Shown here piece after piece: positions 25,516 to 38,785 of a DNA stretch of 64,000 nucleotides. Position 1 is the stretch's first letter; each line of letters starts with the position of its first letter. Both the position numbers and the translations under genes were made by a program. This DNA is from Bilabrum cf. latius (Eukaryota): assembly GCA_965178125.1 (NCBI GenBank), contig OZ237750.1, positions 682,001-746,000 of the forward strand, read 5' to 3'. A model generated the notes under the pieces. That model ran no database searches and was not told the origin of the DNA. It was given only the letters and a program-made list of their open reading frames with translations.

Positions 25516-28500
25516 ATGGCCGATGGAACCTCAAAATTGGGTCGGAAAGGACGCGGCCCATCTCTTCCGAGCTCCGGCCGACCAGCTGATGCTGGTGCCC
25601 CAAGAGGAGGTCGCAGGATAGCCGCGGGAGGTGGAATGGGGCAGGGGTTGTCGCAGGGCTCGAGCGTTTTCGGATCGCTGGCAGTGTCTGGTGATGTCAG
25701 CTAGACTAAGAGGGCCCCAGCTTCCAAAGGGTTGTACAGCTTTGACACGACAGAGCTTGGCCAGTTCGATTTGAAGCCCTCCAAGGGCGGCCGGCGGCCG
25801 GGAGCGCCCGACTGGACCAAGGCAGCCGACGAGCTGAAGCGCTCAAGGGCGGCGCAAGACCGCCAGCGCGACCGCAGACTCGTAGCATTGCGCGAGTCCT
25901 AGCGGCTGAAGCTCGCCGAGCGCAAGGAGGCTAGAGATAAGGCGGCAAGAACACTCCCGGGGATGCCTGGCGCTGCGGCCCGAGGCCACGGTGCGTACGA
26001 GTCCAAGGAGGCCGGGGGGGGCACCTCACCCATGTCAACGGCGGCGTCCATCCGTCTGCACGCCAGGCAGGATGCCGCGTCTTCCGCTACCGGTGCGTCA
26101 TTGTTCCCTGGAGCGAGCTCAGGGGCGGGAGGGGCCAGCCGCTCGGGCGTTGGCTCCTCTGCAGAGACAAGGACCAAGGGGGGTTACAACGTGGTGGGCG
26201 GCGTGCGCATGGGACCGGGCCCAGCAGAGATCGAGGCGGTTCGGAAAGCGGCAGATGCCGTGGGTGGGGACGACACGGGCGGCAAGGTGTTCCAGGCATT
26301 TGAGACGCTGCGCACCGGGGAGGATGCGGTGACCTTCTTCGCTCACTACGGGCCCCAGTGCCCCGTGAAGTTCGTTTACCTCAACAGGGCGAAGACGGGC
26401 AAGGCGTTCCGCCCTTATGACCTGGTGGTGGTCCCCGAGGAGGACGTGGACCTGGAGCACTTCACGATCAGCGCCAAGGGCGTCGTGCACGTGTGCCCCG
26501 GCGAGCCCTCAGAGTTCCTCACCCTGTCCGAGTGGATGAGGCAGAGCTCCGCCTTTAACGTGGTGCGCAACCTGCGTTTCTTCCGGCAGTTTGTGCCCCG
26601 CAAGATGTTCGACATGTGGAGGACCTTCTCCAACTACAGCAAGTTCAGGCGCAGGCGGCGCGACATCGAGCGGAAGCTATTCATGGCAAGCAAGGTCTTC
26701 TGCAAGCCCATGATGACCATCCGGTAGGCGGTTTCGCACCTGCAGGAGCTGCAGCTGGTGCGTCTGGACGGCGTGCGGATGACGGCAGCGACGTTCGCCG
26801 ACACTCAAGCGCAGGCCCGAGCCATGGCGCAGAAAGAGATCGACAGGCGGCTCGTGCGCATCGTCCGGGTGCTCAAGAGCGTCTGCAAGGACGTCACCGA
26901 TCGTGCCGCCGCAGGGGGTGATGATGATGCCGACGCAGCAGGGGCGATGGGTGGGGGCCGTACGAAGGGGATCCGTGAGGCCAAGGAAGAGGAGATGCGC
27001 AAGGCCAGGGCGCTGCGGCAGGCAGCCATGGAGCAGTCGCGGCTGGGAGCTTTGATTCGCCTGGTGGACTACATGGTGGTGGAGGCCTTCGCGGGCCGGT
27101 GCAAGCAGGACGTGGAGGCCCTCCGCGACGCGATGCACAGCGGCCAGGGCCAGCGAAGCCGCGTGGGTCTCTTCATGACCGAGCTGCGATTCGACGACGA
27201 GGGCACAGTGTTCGCCCCGAACGAGCAGGACTTCTCCTCTGCAATTGAAGAGGTGGTCAGCGAGACGGTGGACATGGTCACCAAGGAGCCCAGGATGCTG
27301 TCAGTGAGGGCGTTCGAGCCCTTCCTGCGCGAGCTGCCCGTGGCCTACGATGCGGCAGCAGCGGGCGGCGTGGCTCCCCTGGGGCTGGACCTCAGGGATG
27401 CGCACAGCTTAGGGGAGGACCCGCGCGTGCTGGCTGCGCTGCCCGAGGGATTCCTGAGCCAGGCCGACGAGGCGCTCATGAAGTCGGTAGAGCCACAAAC
27501 GCGGCTCCTCGGGTTGGGATCGCCCACCGTCGCCGAGCTGTGCTACTCGCTCCCTGAGCTGAGGGCGGGCATGGTGCAGGTGCTTCGCAAGCTGACGGAA
27601 GACTTTGACGGCGCCAGGGCCTTCAGTGAGATGGAGAGCTTCAAGCAGGTGAGGCCTGCCTACGACTACTAGCGGACCCAGGGTCTCTTCGACGAGGACG
27701 GACACTCGCAGCCGTAGCAGATCGCCTCGTCTGATGACGCGTCTTCGGCGGTGCAGGCGGTGTCCGAGCTTCGCCGCGAGATGCAGAAGATCGCGGGCTG
27801 GGACGCGGCTGTGCGCAGCCTGACAAGCACAACCACCCGCGGATGCCTGCACGTGGATGCCAAGGAGCTCAAGGCAGAGCTTGAGCCTCTTACCGAGAGG
27901 GCACTCGGTCGCGTCAAGGAGCAGCTCCTGCACCGCTCGTCGGGCATCTGCAGACGGCTGGCGGACGTGTTCCAGCAGCGAGTCAGCGTGTTTGAGCGTC
28001 GGCCGCAGAGCCTGGACGAGTTTGCTCGACACAAGGAGGATATGGCACGCCTGCAGGAAGAAGACAATCGCCTCATGGAGGACGCCCAGGTTGTCGAGGA
28101 GATGCACAAGCTGGTGACCACGTACCGCGGCAGGATACCCCGCGAGGACGAGTTCCTTGCGGCGGAGATGAAGAGCCTGTTAGGCCGATACCAGGACGCC
28201 ATGATCCAGGGCAAGGGCTTCGTGGAGAGCAGGATGAGGGACATGCGGCACCAGCTGGACATGCGCGTGTTCAAGCTCAAGGAGACTATGGCGCAGCTCA
28301 AGGACCAGGTGAACGAAGGCGAGTTTGTGGACGCGAGCCAACACACCGGCGATATGATCTCCAAGATTGAGTCGGTGGAGGAGCGCGTCGCCACGATGGA
28401 GAACAGAGCTCAGCAGTTCTAGGCGTGGCAGAGGCTCTTTGGTGTGGAAGAGGACACGTTTACCGCGCTAGAGGTTTCTAAGAGCTCCATTCAGAAGCGT

Positions 28501-31500
28501 GCCACCCTGTGGCGCAGCCTTGACGAGTTCATCACCAAGCATGACCACTGGGTGGTTGAACCCTTCCACACTGTCAGCGTGGAACAGCTCGTGGCAGACT
28601 CGAACGCGCTCATGAAGGCCAGCTACGTCGCTGACAGGCAGCTGGGAGATGATGTTTCTGCCATGTTCAAGGAGAAAACGCAGGCCTGGCGGTCCGCGCT
28701 GCCCGTCATCGAGGAGCTCGGGAACCCGTACATGCTCGACCGGCACTGGTCCAAGCTCTATAAGGAGCTCAAGCAGCCCTTCAAGCCCGCAGATAAGAGC
28801 CGGACGCTCGGCGAGCTGATTGACTACGGCGTGCTAGAGATGCGCGACCTAGTGTCCGAGGTCAGCGGCACTGCCTCTGGAGAGCACCAGCTGGAAGAGT
28901 CCCTGCAGGCGATCGCTTCCGAGTGGACAGAGATGAAGTTCCTCACCAGGAACTACCGGGAGCTCAAGCACGTGTACGTGCTGTCAGGGCTGGACGACAT
29001 CTTTGTGCTGCTCGAGGACCACTAGGTGACCCTGCAGACCATGATGGGCTCCCGCTTCATCCAGGGGGTGAGGGATGAGGTGGAGTCGTGGGACCGCCGA
29101 CTGGCGCTCTTGTCAGACACGCTTGACGAGTGGGTACAGTGCATGAAGCAGTGGCAGTACCTGGAGAATATCTTCAGTGCTGAAGACATTCAGCGGCAGC
29201 TCCCCGCTGAAGCCAGCAAGTTCATGACGGTGGACAAGCGCTGGAAGGAGGTGATGCTTCGCACCCACACGAACCCGTCGGTGCTGGCCAGCATCGAGAA
29301 CGGCGACGAGCTCCTGAAGACGTTTCAGCACTGCAACATGCTCCTGGAGGAGATTCAGAAATCGCTCGACGATTACCTCGAGACAAAGCGGTCGGCCTTC
29401 CCCCGCTTCTACTTCCTGTCTGACGAGGACCTACTTGCGATTCTGTCCCAGACGAGGGACCCGCAAGCCGTGCAGCCGCACCTGCAGGGCTGCTTCGACG
29501 CGATGAAGAGCCTCAGGTTTGGCAAGGAGGACCAGGCCGCCGAGATGTTTGGCATGGTCTCATCCGAGAACGAGGAGGTGGAGTTCACGGCGCCGCTAAC
29601 GGCGGCCGGCAACGTGGAGAATTGGCTGGGCGATGTGGAGCGCATGATGCGGCGAACGCTGTACGACGTCACCAAGCAGGCCATGACCGAGTACCCGGCA
29701 GAGCCGCAGGACCAGATCGACCGCAAGGAATGGCTCTTTGGGTATGCGGCACAGCCAGTGCTGACCGTGGACCAGATTTTCTGGGCGGCCAACGTTGAGA
29801 AGGCCATCCGGGAGATGGCCCAGGACCCAGGTGCGCTGACCCGTCTGCTGGAGTTTGTCCGCACGCAGATCAACGCCATGGTTGCTCTCGTGCGCACGGA
29901 CCTCACGAAGCTGCAGCGGCGCATGCTAGGCGCACTGGTGGTGCTCGACGTGCACGGCCGTGACGTCGTGGCTGCGCTGGAGAAGAAGCAGGTGAGTGCT
30001 ATGGAGGACTTCGAGTGGACGCGGCAGCTGCGGTACTACTGGGAGGAAGATGTCGACAACTGCGTGGTTCGTCAGACCAATACGCGCTTCATCTTTGGGT
30101 ACGAGTACATCGGCAACCAGCCGAGGCTCGTGATTACCCCGCTGACAGACAAGTGCTACATGACTCTGACCGGGGCGCTGCACCTTAAGTTCGGAGGCGC
30201 TCCCGCCGGGCCTGCCGGCACGGGAAAGACAGAGACCACCAAGGACCTGGCCAAGGCTTTGGCAGTGCAATGCGTCGTGTTCAACTGCTCTGATGGGCTG
30301 AACTTCCAGATGATGGGTCGGTTCTTCTCTGGGCTGGCTCAGGCCGGTGCCTGGGCATGCTTCGACGAGTTTAACCGGATTAATATTGAGGTCCTATCCG
30401 TGATCGCGCAGCAGATCCTAGTCATTCAGGAGGGTCTTAAAGGCGGCGAGACCCACATCGAGTTCGAGGGCAAGGAGATCCCACTGTCGTCGAGCTTCGG
30501 TGTTTTCATCACCATGAACCCGGGGTACGCAGGCCGAACCGAGCTGCCCGACAACCTGAAATCCCTCTTCCGACCTGTGGCCATGATGGTGCCGGACTAC
30601 AGGCTCATTGCGGAGATCATCCTCTTCTCGCAGGGCTTCGGCGAGGCCTTTGCCCTTTCCAACAAGATGGCACAGCTGTACAAGCTTGCGTCCGAGCAGC
30701 TGTCCAAGCAGAGCCATTACGACTACGGCATGAGGGCGGTGAAGAGCGTGCTGGTTGCGGCTGGCCAGCTCAAGCGGAAGGAGCCCGATGTGGATGAGAC
30801 CATCCTCCTCATCCGGTCGATGCGTGACTCGAATGTCCCCAAGTTCCTTCAGCAGGATTTGCCACTCTTCCAAGGCATCATTAAGGACCTCTTCCCCAAG
30901 GCAGAGGTACCCTTTGTCGACTACGGCAAGCTGCAAGAGGCGATCGAGTTCTAGCTCAAGCTGCGGGGTCTGGCACTGGTGCCCGGTCTCATCACCAAGA
31001 TCATCCAGACGCACGAGACCCAGCTTGTGCGCCACGGGATGATGCTGGTTGGCGAGGCAGGGAGCGGCAAGTCGGTGAACTGGCAGGTGCTTGCGGATGC
31101 GCTGACGCAGCTCAAGAAGGAGGGCATCGTAGACAAGGATGGCTTTTTCCAGAAAGTCACGTCCTACGTGCTCAACCCAAAGAGCGTGCGGATGGGAGAG
31201 CTGTACGGTGAGACGAGCGCTACCACCGGCGAGTGGACGGATGGAATCATCAGCGCGTTGGCTCGCGTGGCGGTGCGTGACACCAGCAAGGACCGCAAGT
31301 GGATCGTCTTCGATGGCCCGGTGGACGCCATCTGGATCGAGAATATGAACACCGTGCTGGATGATAACAAGACGCTTTGCCTGCCCAACGGCCAGCGCAT
31401 CAAGCTCCCCCCCACGCTGCACATGATGTTCGAGGTGGCCGATCTTGCCGTGGCGAGTCCCGCCACCGTGTCGCGGTGCGGCATGGTGTACATGGAGTTC

Positions 31501-34500
31501 GTGCATGTGGGCCTTGACGCCATCATCGAGACGTGGAGCCATGGCCCCATCGAGGACCTCATACCCGAGGAAAGGGACCGGCTCACCGACATGGTAAAGC
31601 AGATCGCTCCCAAGGCCATCGCCTACATTCGGGAGAATTGCAGGCAGGTTGTGCCGGCCACCGATGGGAACATTCTGCAGTCGTTCCTGGCCATGCTCGA
31701 TGCGCTTCTCACGCCCGAAAACGGCGTTATGGGATCTGGCTTCCGCCGGTAGCCCCAGTCGGCCGCTCAGAAGGCGAGAGAGAGGCTTCTGGGCGGCATC
31801 GGAGTGGGTAAGCCGGCCGCAGACAAGGCACCGGCCAGTGGAGCTGGGGCTGGCGAGTCTAAAGAGGCAGATGCTGAGGCAGCTGCCGCACCTTTGGATG
31901 ATGTAGACGCTGCGGCTGCCCTGGTAGCCGACATTGAGGAGGCGATGGATGGTGGGATGCCCGCTGGCGGCGATTCTGGCGGTGAGCGTCCCGACGGCGC
32001 CATGGGTGACGAAGAGCTCGCCACAGTCGTGAACTAGATCTTCACCTTTGCGTTCGTGTGGAGTTTCGGCTGCAACATCCACGATAAGAGCCGCGGAAAG
32101 TTCCAGACGTTTGCCAAGGCTTTGCTCGGCCAGGCACTACCTGCCAGCTTGAAAGACGACGAGGCCGACCTCTACGATTTCTACGTTGACGTGCCCACTC
32201 GCACCATCCGGCCGTGGCACAGTCGGATGGATGCATTCGAGTACACGCCGGGAACCGAGTACTTTGACCTGGTGGTTCCCACTGTGGATACGACAAGGTA
32301 TGCCTACCTCTTTAAGACTCTGGTGGAGCATGGCCGCGGCGTCTACTTTACCGGTGAGACAGGCGTGGGCAAGAGCGTGATTGTGAGCGACACGGTGGCG
32401 CGCATGTGCGCGGGAGATGAGGCCAAGTTCGTCACCAAGACGATCAACTTGTCGGCGCAGACGCAGGCCAGTAATATCGTGGATGCGCTCGAGGACGCCC
32501 TGGACAAGAAGCGCAAGACGCTGCTCGGCCCGCCCGCAGGCAAGCGCATGGTCGTGTTTGTTGACGATCTCAACATGCCAGCCAAAGAGGAGTACGGAGC
32601 CATGCCTCCAGTCGAGCTGCTGCGGCAAGGAATCGACCAGAAGGGCTTCTACGACACGACCAAGTTGTTCTTCAAGAACATCGCGGACTGCATCTTCTGC
32701 GCCGCGTGCGCTCCACCAGGCGGAGGCCGCAGCGAAGTCACTCCCCGTCTGGAGAGGCACTTCCACGCTATCTGGATCGAGAGTTTGAGCCGGCAGAGCA
32801 TGATGACCATCTTTGAGTCCATCCTGGGAGGATTCCTCGCCCACACTGCCGCGAGCATTGCGGATTGCTCCAAGCCGCTCGTATCCGCCGCCGTGAATGT
32901 GTACAAGCACGTCGAGCAGGAGATGCTGCCCACGCCTAGCAAGTCACACTACACGTTCAACCTGCGAGACCTGTCGAAGGTGTTCCAGGGCGTGCTCATG
33001 GTGGACCCTGCGTATCTGCAGGACGAGGGCGCCTTGCTGCGACTGTGGATCCACGAGGAGCTCCGCGTGTTCCGGGACCGTCTTGTGGACGACGACGACC
33101 GCAAGCAGTTCAACGTGCTCATCGAGGAGCAGCTGCAGACCGGCCCCCTGCACGAGGTGGTCAAGGCCTGCCAGGAGGCGGCGGAGAAGGCCGCCGAAGC
33201 GAAGGCGGCGGAGGAGGGGGACGGCGCCGGCGCGGAGGCCTCGCGCATCCTGTCGCACTCGGGCCCCGCTGCGTGGCGCAAGGAGGGGTTCAGAGACCTG
33301 CTGTTCGGGGACTACTTGAGCCGGGACGAGAAGAAATACTCGGAGATTATGGAACCCGAGAAGTTGCCCGAAGTCTTCGCCGAGAATCTCGACGAGTACA
33401 ACATTAGCTTTCCCACGTAGATGCACCTGGTCTTCTTCCGAGACGCAGTGGCGCACATCAGCAGAGTCGCTCGCATCCTTCGGCAGCCGCGAGGCAATGC
33501 TATGCTTGTGGGTGTCGGAGGAAGCGGCCGTCAGAGCCTGACGAGGCTGTCTGCTTTTATTGCCGAGTTCCAGTGCATGGGCATCGAGATCACAAGGACG
33601 TACAATAAGGAGGCCTGGCGAGAGGACCTGAAGCGTGTCCTCATGCAGGCAGGTGCAAAGGCCAAAGACGTGGTCTTCTTGTTTTCCGACACGCAGATCA
33701 AGGAGGAATCTTTCCTGGAGGACATCAACAACATTCTCAACAGTGGTGATGTGCCCAACCTGTACGCGCCTGACGAGTTCGAGGCAATTATCGGCGACGT
33801 GAGGCCATTGTGCAAGGCGGCTGGCAAGATTGACACCAGAGACAACATCTGGCAGCACTACATCTCGCTGGTCCGCAGCCACCTGCACGTCGTCCTTGCC
33901 TTTTCGCCTATCGGCGGGTCGTTCCGGAACAGATGCCGCATGTTCCCCTCGCTTGTGAACTGCTGCACGATCGATTGGTTCAGCGCGTGGCCCGAGGATG
34001 CGCTCTACTCTGTCGCGGAGAGCTTCCTCGGCAAGGAGGGCGGTCGGCCCCTGGGCATCGAGGGCATGGTGGACCCCCTCTGCAACATGTGCGTGAAGAT
34101 CCACAGGTCGGTCGAGGTGTCCTCTGGAAGGTTCCTGCGAGAGAAGCGAAGGTACAATTACACGACGCCCACGTCGTACTTGGAGCTCCTGCGGCTCTAC
34201 ACAGAGATGCTCACCACCTAGCGGGGCATCGTGGATGGCAAGATCTCTCGGTACGAGGGCGGGCTCACCAAGCTGGCTGAGGCCGAGAAGGTCGTGGCTG
34301 AGCTGCAAGTCGAGCTGACCAAGCTGCAGCCCACGCTGAAGAAGGCGGCAGAGGACACCGAGGCGCTGCTGAAACAGCTCGCGGTAGACCAGAAAGATGC
34401 GGACGAGGCCGCTGCACAGGCGCAGAAGGATGAGGAGGCCACCACCAAGCAGGCCGCCGAGGTCAAGGTCATCAAGGACGACTGCCAGAAGGACCTGGAC

Positions 34501-37500
34501 GAGGCGCTGCCGGCGTACTACGGGGCATTAAAGGCGCTTGATAGCCTAGACAAGGCGCAGATCAACGAGGTGAAAGGGTTTAAGAAGCCGCCAGACCTCG
34601 TCGTGACCGTGCTCGAGGCCGTGTGCATCCTTCTGCAGGAAAAGCCCGACTGGAGCACGGCCAAGCGCGTGATGGGCGACATGAAGTTTATCGATCGGCT
34701 GAAGGGCTACGACAAGGACAGCATCGATCCCAAGGTCATCAAGAAGGTGGGCAAGTACATCAAGATGGAGAAGTTCCAGCCCTCCGAGGTCAAGTCGGTC
34801 TCTCTCGCCGCCACCTCCCTGTGCATGTGGGTCCGCGCCATCTTCAAGTACGACGCTGTGGCCAAGAACATCGAACCCAAGCGGAAGGCCCTCAATGAGG
34901 CCATGGCAAGCCTGGAGAAGGCACAGGCCATCCTTGAGCAAAAGAGGGCGGCTCTCCGCGAGATTCAAGCCAAGGTAGCCGACCTTCAGCGGCAGTACGA
35001 GAACTCTGTCAACGAGAAGGAGCGGCTCGAGCGGCAGCAGAAGCAGACCGAAATCAAGCTGGGGCGGGCGCACAAGCTTATCGACGGACTCGGTGCCGAG
35101 GCGGGCCGCTGGAGGGAGGCGCAGGTGCAGCTGACGGAGGACAAGAAGAACCTCACCGGAAATATGATCCTGTCTGCCGGCTGCATCGCGTACACTGGGC
35201 CGTTCACCGCCGACTTTAGGCGGACAATGTCCGCCGGTTGGGTCCAGACTTGCCAGGCGAAGCGGATCCCCGTGGACCCTCGCTTCGAGCTGAGCCGCAT
35301 CCTTGCGGATCCTGTGGAGGTGCGCGAGTGGAACATCCAGGGACTCCCCGCGGACGACTTCAGCACCGAGAACGGCCTCTTTGCGACTCGGGGTCGCCGC
35401 TGGCCTCTGATGATCGACCCGCAGGGCCAAGCCAACCGGTGGGTCAAGCAGATGCAGAAGGACAACGGCCTCCGCGTGATCAAGCTTTCCGAGGCGGATT
35501 TCTTGCGGACGCTGGAGCACGGCATCCGCTTCGGGCAGCCTATTTTGCTCGAGAACGTGGAGGAGGAGCTGGACCCTGCCCTGGAGCCGGTCCTTCTCAA
35601 GCAGGTCTTCAAGAAGCAGGGGCTCGCCACTCTGCGGCTGGGCGACAGCGACGTGCCGTACAGCGATGACTTCAGGTTCTACATCACCACGAAGCTGGCG
35701 AACCCGCACTACATGCCTGAGGTGTGCGTGAAGGTGACGGTGATCAACTTCACGGTGACCATGTCTGGCCTGGAGGACCAGCTCCTCGTAGACGTGGTGG
35801 CGCACGAGCGACCCGACCTCGAGGAGCGCAAGAACAAGCTGATCGTGTCGATCGCCTCGGACAAGCGACAGCTCAAGGGCATTGAGGACAGCATCCTCAA
35901 GATGCTAGCAGAGGCGCAGGGCGACATCCTCGAGGACGAGTCGCTGATTGACTCCCTCGGGCAGTCCAAGAAAACCTCGGCCGCGATCAATGAGCGCATG
36001 CACGAGGCAGAGAGGACCACGAAAGAGATCAATGAGGCGCGAGAGGGGTACAGGACCGTGGCCACGCGAGGCTCTGTTCTGTACTTTGTGATTGCTGACC
36101 TTGCGAACGTCAATGCCATGTACCAGTTCTCGCTGCAGGCGTTTCAACGCCTGTACAACATGCGCATCGAGAAGAGCGAGGCCTCAGAGGACCTCGACAA
36201 GCGCCTGGACATTCTGACCAACGACATCACTAAGTCGTTCTACGAAAACCTCTGCAGAGGCCTCTTCGAGCGCGATAAGATGCTGTATTCGTTCCAGATC
36301 GCCGTTTCCATCGCCAAGCAGGCCGGACGCATCACGGACGAGGAGTGGCAGTTCTTCCTCGTAGGATCTGCGGCCAAGGACGACGGTGGTAAGGCCCAGC
36401 ACCCTCCCACGCAGGAATGGCTTTCGGCCAAGGGCTGGATCCAGGTGCTCGGACTAGAGAAGGCAGTGGGCGGCGGGTCCCCGCTGGTCGGCATTGCCGA
36501 CGATTTGGGTACGCAGCTGGCTGGCTGGAAGTCGTTTGCTACGGACGAGAACCCTCACTTGGCCAAAATGCCCGAGCCGTGGGAATCGCGTCTGTCCGAC
36601 TTCCAAAGGCTGCTGGTGCTGCGCTGCATCCGCGAGGAAAAGACGAATTTCGGTGTGCGCGAGTTCGTGCGGAGGCAGCTGGGCGAGAAGTTCTGCGAGC
36701 CTCCGCCCTTTGACCTGGACGGGGTGTTCGAGGACAGCTCGAGCACCATGCCCATCGTGTTTGTCCTGAGCGCGGGAGCCGACCCCGTGCAGTACCTGCT
36801 GAAGCTCGCTGAGGAGAAGGGCAAGCGCGACAGCTTGCGGATCATCTCGCTGGGCCAAGGGCAGGGACCCCTCGCGGAGAGGCACATGGAGGAGGCAAGG
36901 AGGTCTGGCGACTGGGTCTGCCTGCAGAACTGCCACCTCGCCGAGTCGTGGCTCCCACGTCTGGAGGCAATCCTGGAGCAGACCATGGGCGCGGGGGCCA
37001 GCGGCTCCTCCGAGATCCACTAGGACTTCCGGCTGTGGCTCACCTCCATGCCGAACCCCAAGTTCCCCGTGCCGATCCTGCAGAACAGCATCAAGCTGAC
37101 CCAGGAGCCGCCGCGAGGGCTCAAGGCGAACCTGAGGCGGACATTCCTGGACCTCTCCGATCGCGAGTACGAGGGCTGCACCAAGCCGAGGCCGTTCAAG
37201 AAGCTGCTGTTCGGCCTGGCCTTCTACCACGCCCTCATCCTCGAGAGGCGCAAGTTCGGCGCGATCGGGTGGAACATCCCTTACGAGTGGATGAACAGCG
37301 ACCTGCAGACGGGCATCATGCAGCTGCGCATGTACCTCGAGGAGCAGCCTAATATCCCTTACGAGACGCTCAACGCAGTGATCGGAGACATCACGTACGG
37401 CGGACGCGCCACGGACGCGTGGGACAAGCGCACGAACCTCTCCATCCTGCGCCGGTTCTTCTGCCCCGAGGTGCTGGAGGACGGGTACCGCTTCAGCGAG

Positions 37501-38580
37501 AGCGGCATGTACTTCGCCCCAGCGGAGGGTGACCTCGCCGGGGTCCGCGAGTACATCGAGCAGCTACCTCTGGACGATCCCCCGGACACGTTCGGCCTGC
37601 ATCCGAACGCCGCCATCACGCTTCAGCAGAAGGAGAGCAACTAGCTGATGTCGACGCTGGTGAGCATGCAGAAGGGAGACGGTGGAGGCGGAGGAGGAGG
37701 GTCCGGTGGCCAATCACCTGACGAGGTGGTGAGTGTCATCGTGGAGGACGTGCTGAAGCGCCTGCCCGAGCCCTTTGACAGCAGCAAGGCGCACCCGGAC
37801 ACGTTCGCGACGATCGAGGACGGCAGCATCAACTCTCTCGGAGTGTTTGCGGAGCAAGAGATGGTGCGCTTCAACGGCCTGACGCAGGTGGTGCGAGCCA
37901 GCCTGCTGGAGATGAGGAAGGCCATCAAGGGTCTGGTGGTGATGTCCCCGGAGCTGGAGGCCATGTACAGCGACTTTTAGTTCCAGCGTGTGCCGGTCCC
38001 GTGGGAGGACGCAGCCTACCCCTCGCTCAAGCCGCTGGGCAGCTGGATCGAGGACCTGATGGAGCGGCTGCAGACGCTGCAGCTGTGGCTGACAGACGGC
38101 CCGCCCAAGTGCTTCTGGCTCAGTGGGTTCTTCTTCCCGCAAGGTTTCATGACCGGCGCGCTGCAGACGTACGCTCGCAAGACTCGGATCGCGATCGACA
38201 CGTTGACGTTCAAGACCAACATCCTCTCTCTGAACCAGGAGGACGTGACGGTCGCGCCCGAGGACGGGGTCTACGTGTATGGGCTGTACTTGGAAGGGGC
38301 TCGCTGGGACAAGGAGAACGGCAGGCTGGCAGAGATGACGCCGGGCGTTCTGTTCGACTACATGCCGTGCATCTGGCTCGAGCCGGTGGAGCAGTCGGCG
38401 TTCAGCAAGAAGGAGCTGGACTACGATTGCCCCGTGTACAAGACCTCGCGGAGGGCGGGGACTCTGAGCACCACGGGCCATTCGACGAATTTCATCGTGA
38501 CGCTGCAGCTCGACAGCGCCAAGCCGCAGGACCACTGGATCAGGAGGGGGGTTGCGCTCCTCTCGCAGCTGGACGATTGA
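25516..38580 (+). CDS. DNAH6: Axonemal inner-arm dynein heavy chain, DNAH6-like (4354 aa)
   Basis: Single 13,065-nt frame ending at TGA. P-loops GPAGTGKT, GEAGSGKS, GETGVGKS and GVGGSGRQ, plus FPRFYFLS, CFDEFNRI, RWPLMIDPQGQA, LQNCHLA and C-terminal HWIRRGVALL. 15 in-frame TAG (25702, 25900, 26725, 27670, 27715, 28420, 29023, 30952, 31750, 32035, 33418, 34219, 37021, 37642, 37978). The subfamily call rests on remembered motifs and is less certain than the family call. Confidence 0.95.
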
Positions 38581-38785
38581 TGCATTCACCTGAAGTTTTC
38601 ATTCACGATTCGCGCAACAAATGTGACCGGTATGTATATTCCCATGCTCGTGCCGCGGAAGGCACGCGGGGCCTCGCCCGTCGGCCGACGGCAATTTTCA
38701 AGTTCTGTCGAACGTTCCTTGGCCGGGTTCGCTCGGCGAAAGGTCCACGCATGCGACTCCCTCAGAGCACAAGAAAAGAATAGGC

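Noticed and set aside
30418-37230. Long antisense and alternative-frame ORFs (e.g. 30418-32082, 32944-34308, 34546-35805)
   Set aside because: These are shadow ORFs expected from GC-rich, biased codon usage opposite real genes. They carry no recognisable motifs.
25516-38580. Dynein and the other interrupted genes as pseudogenes
   Set aside because: Only one stop type occurs internally, there are no frameshifts, all motifs and codon bias are intact, and nearly every gene is affected.
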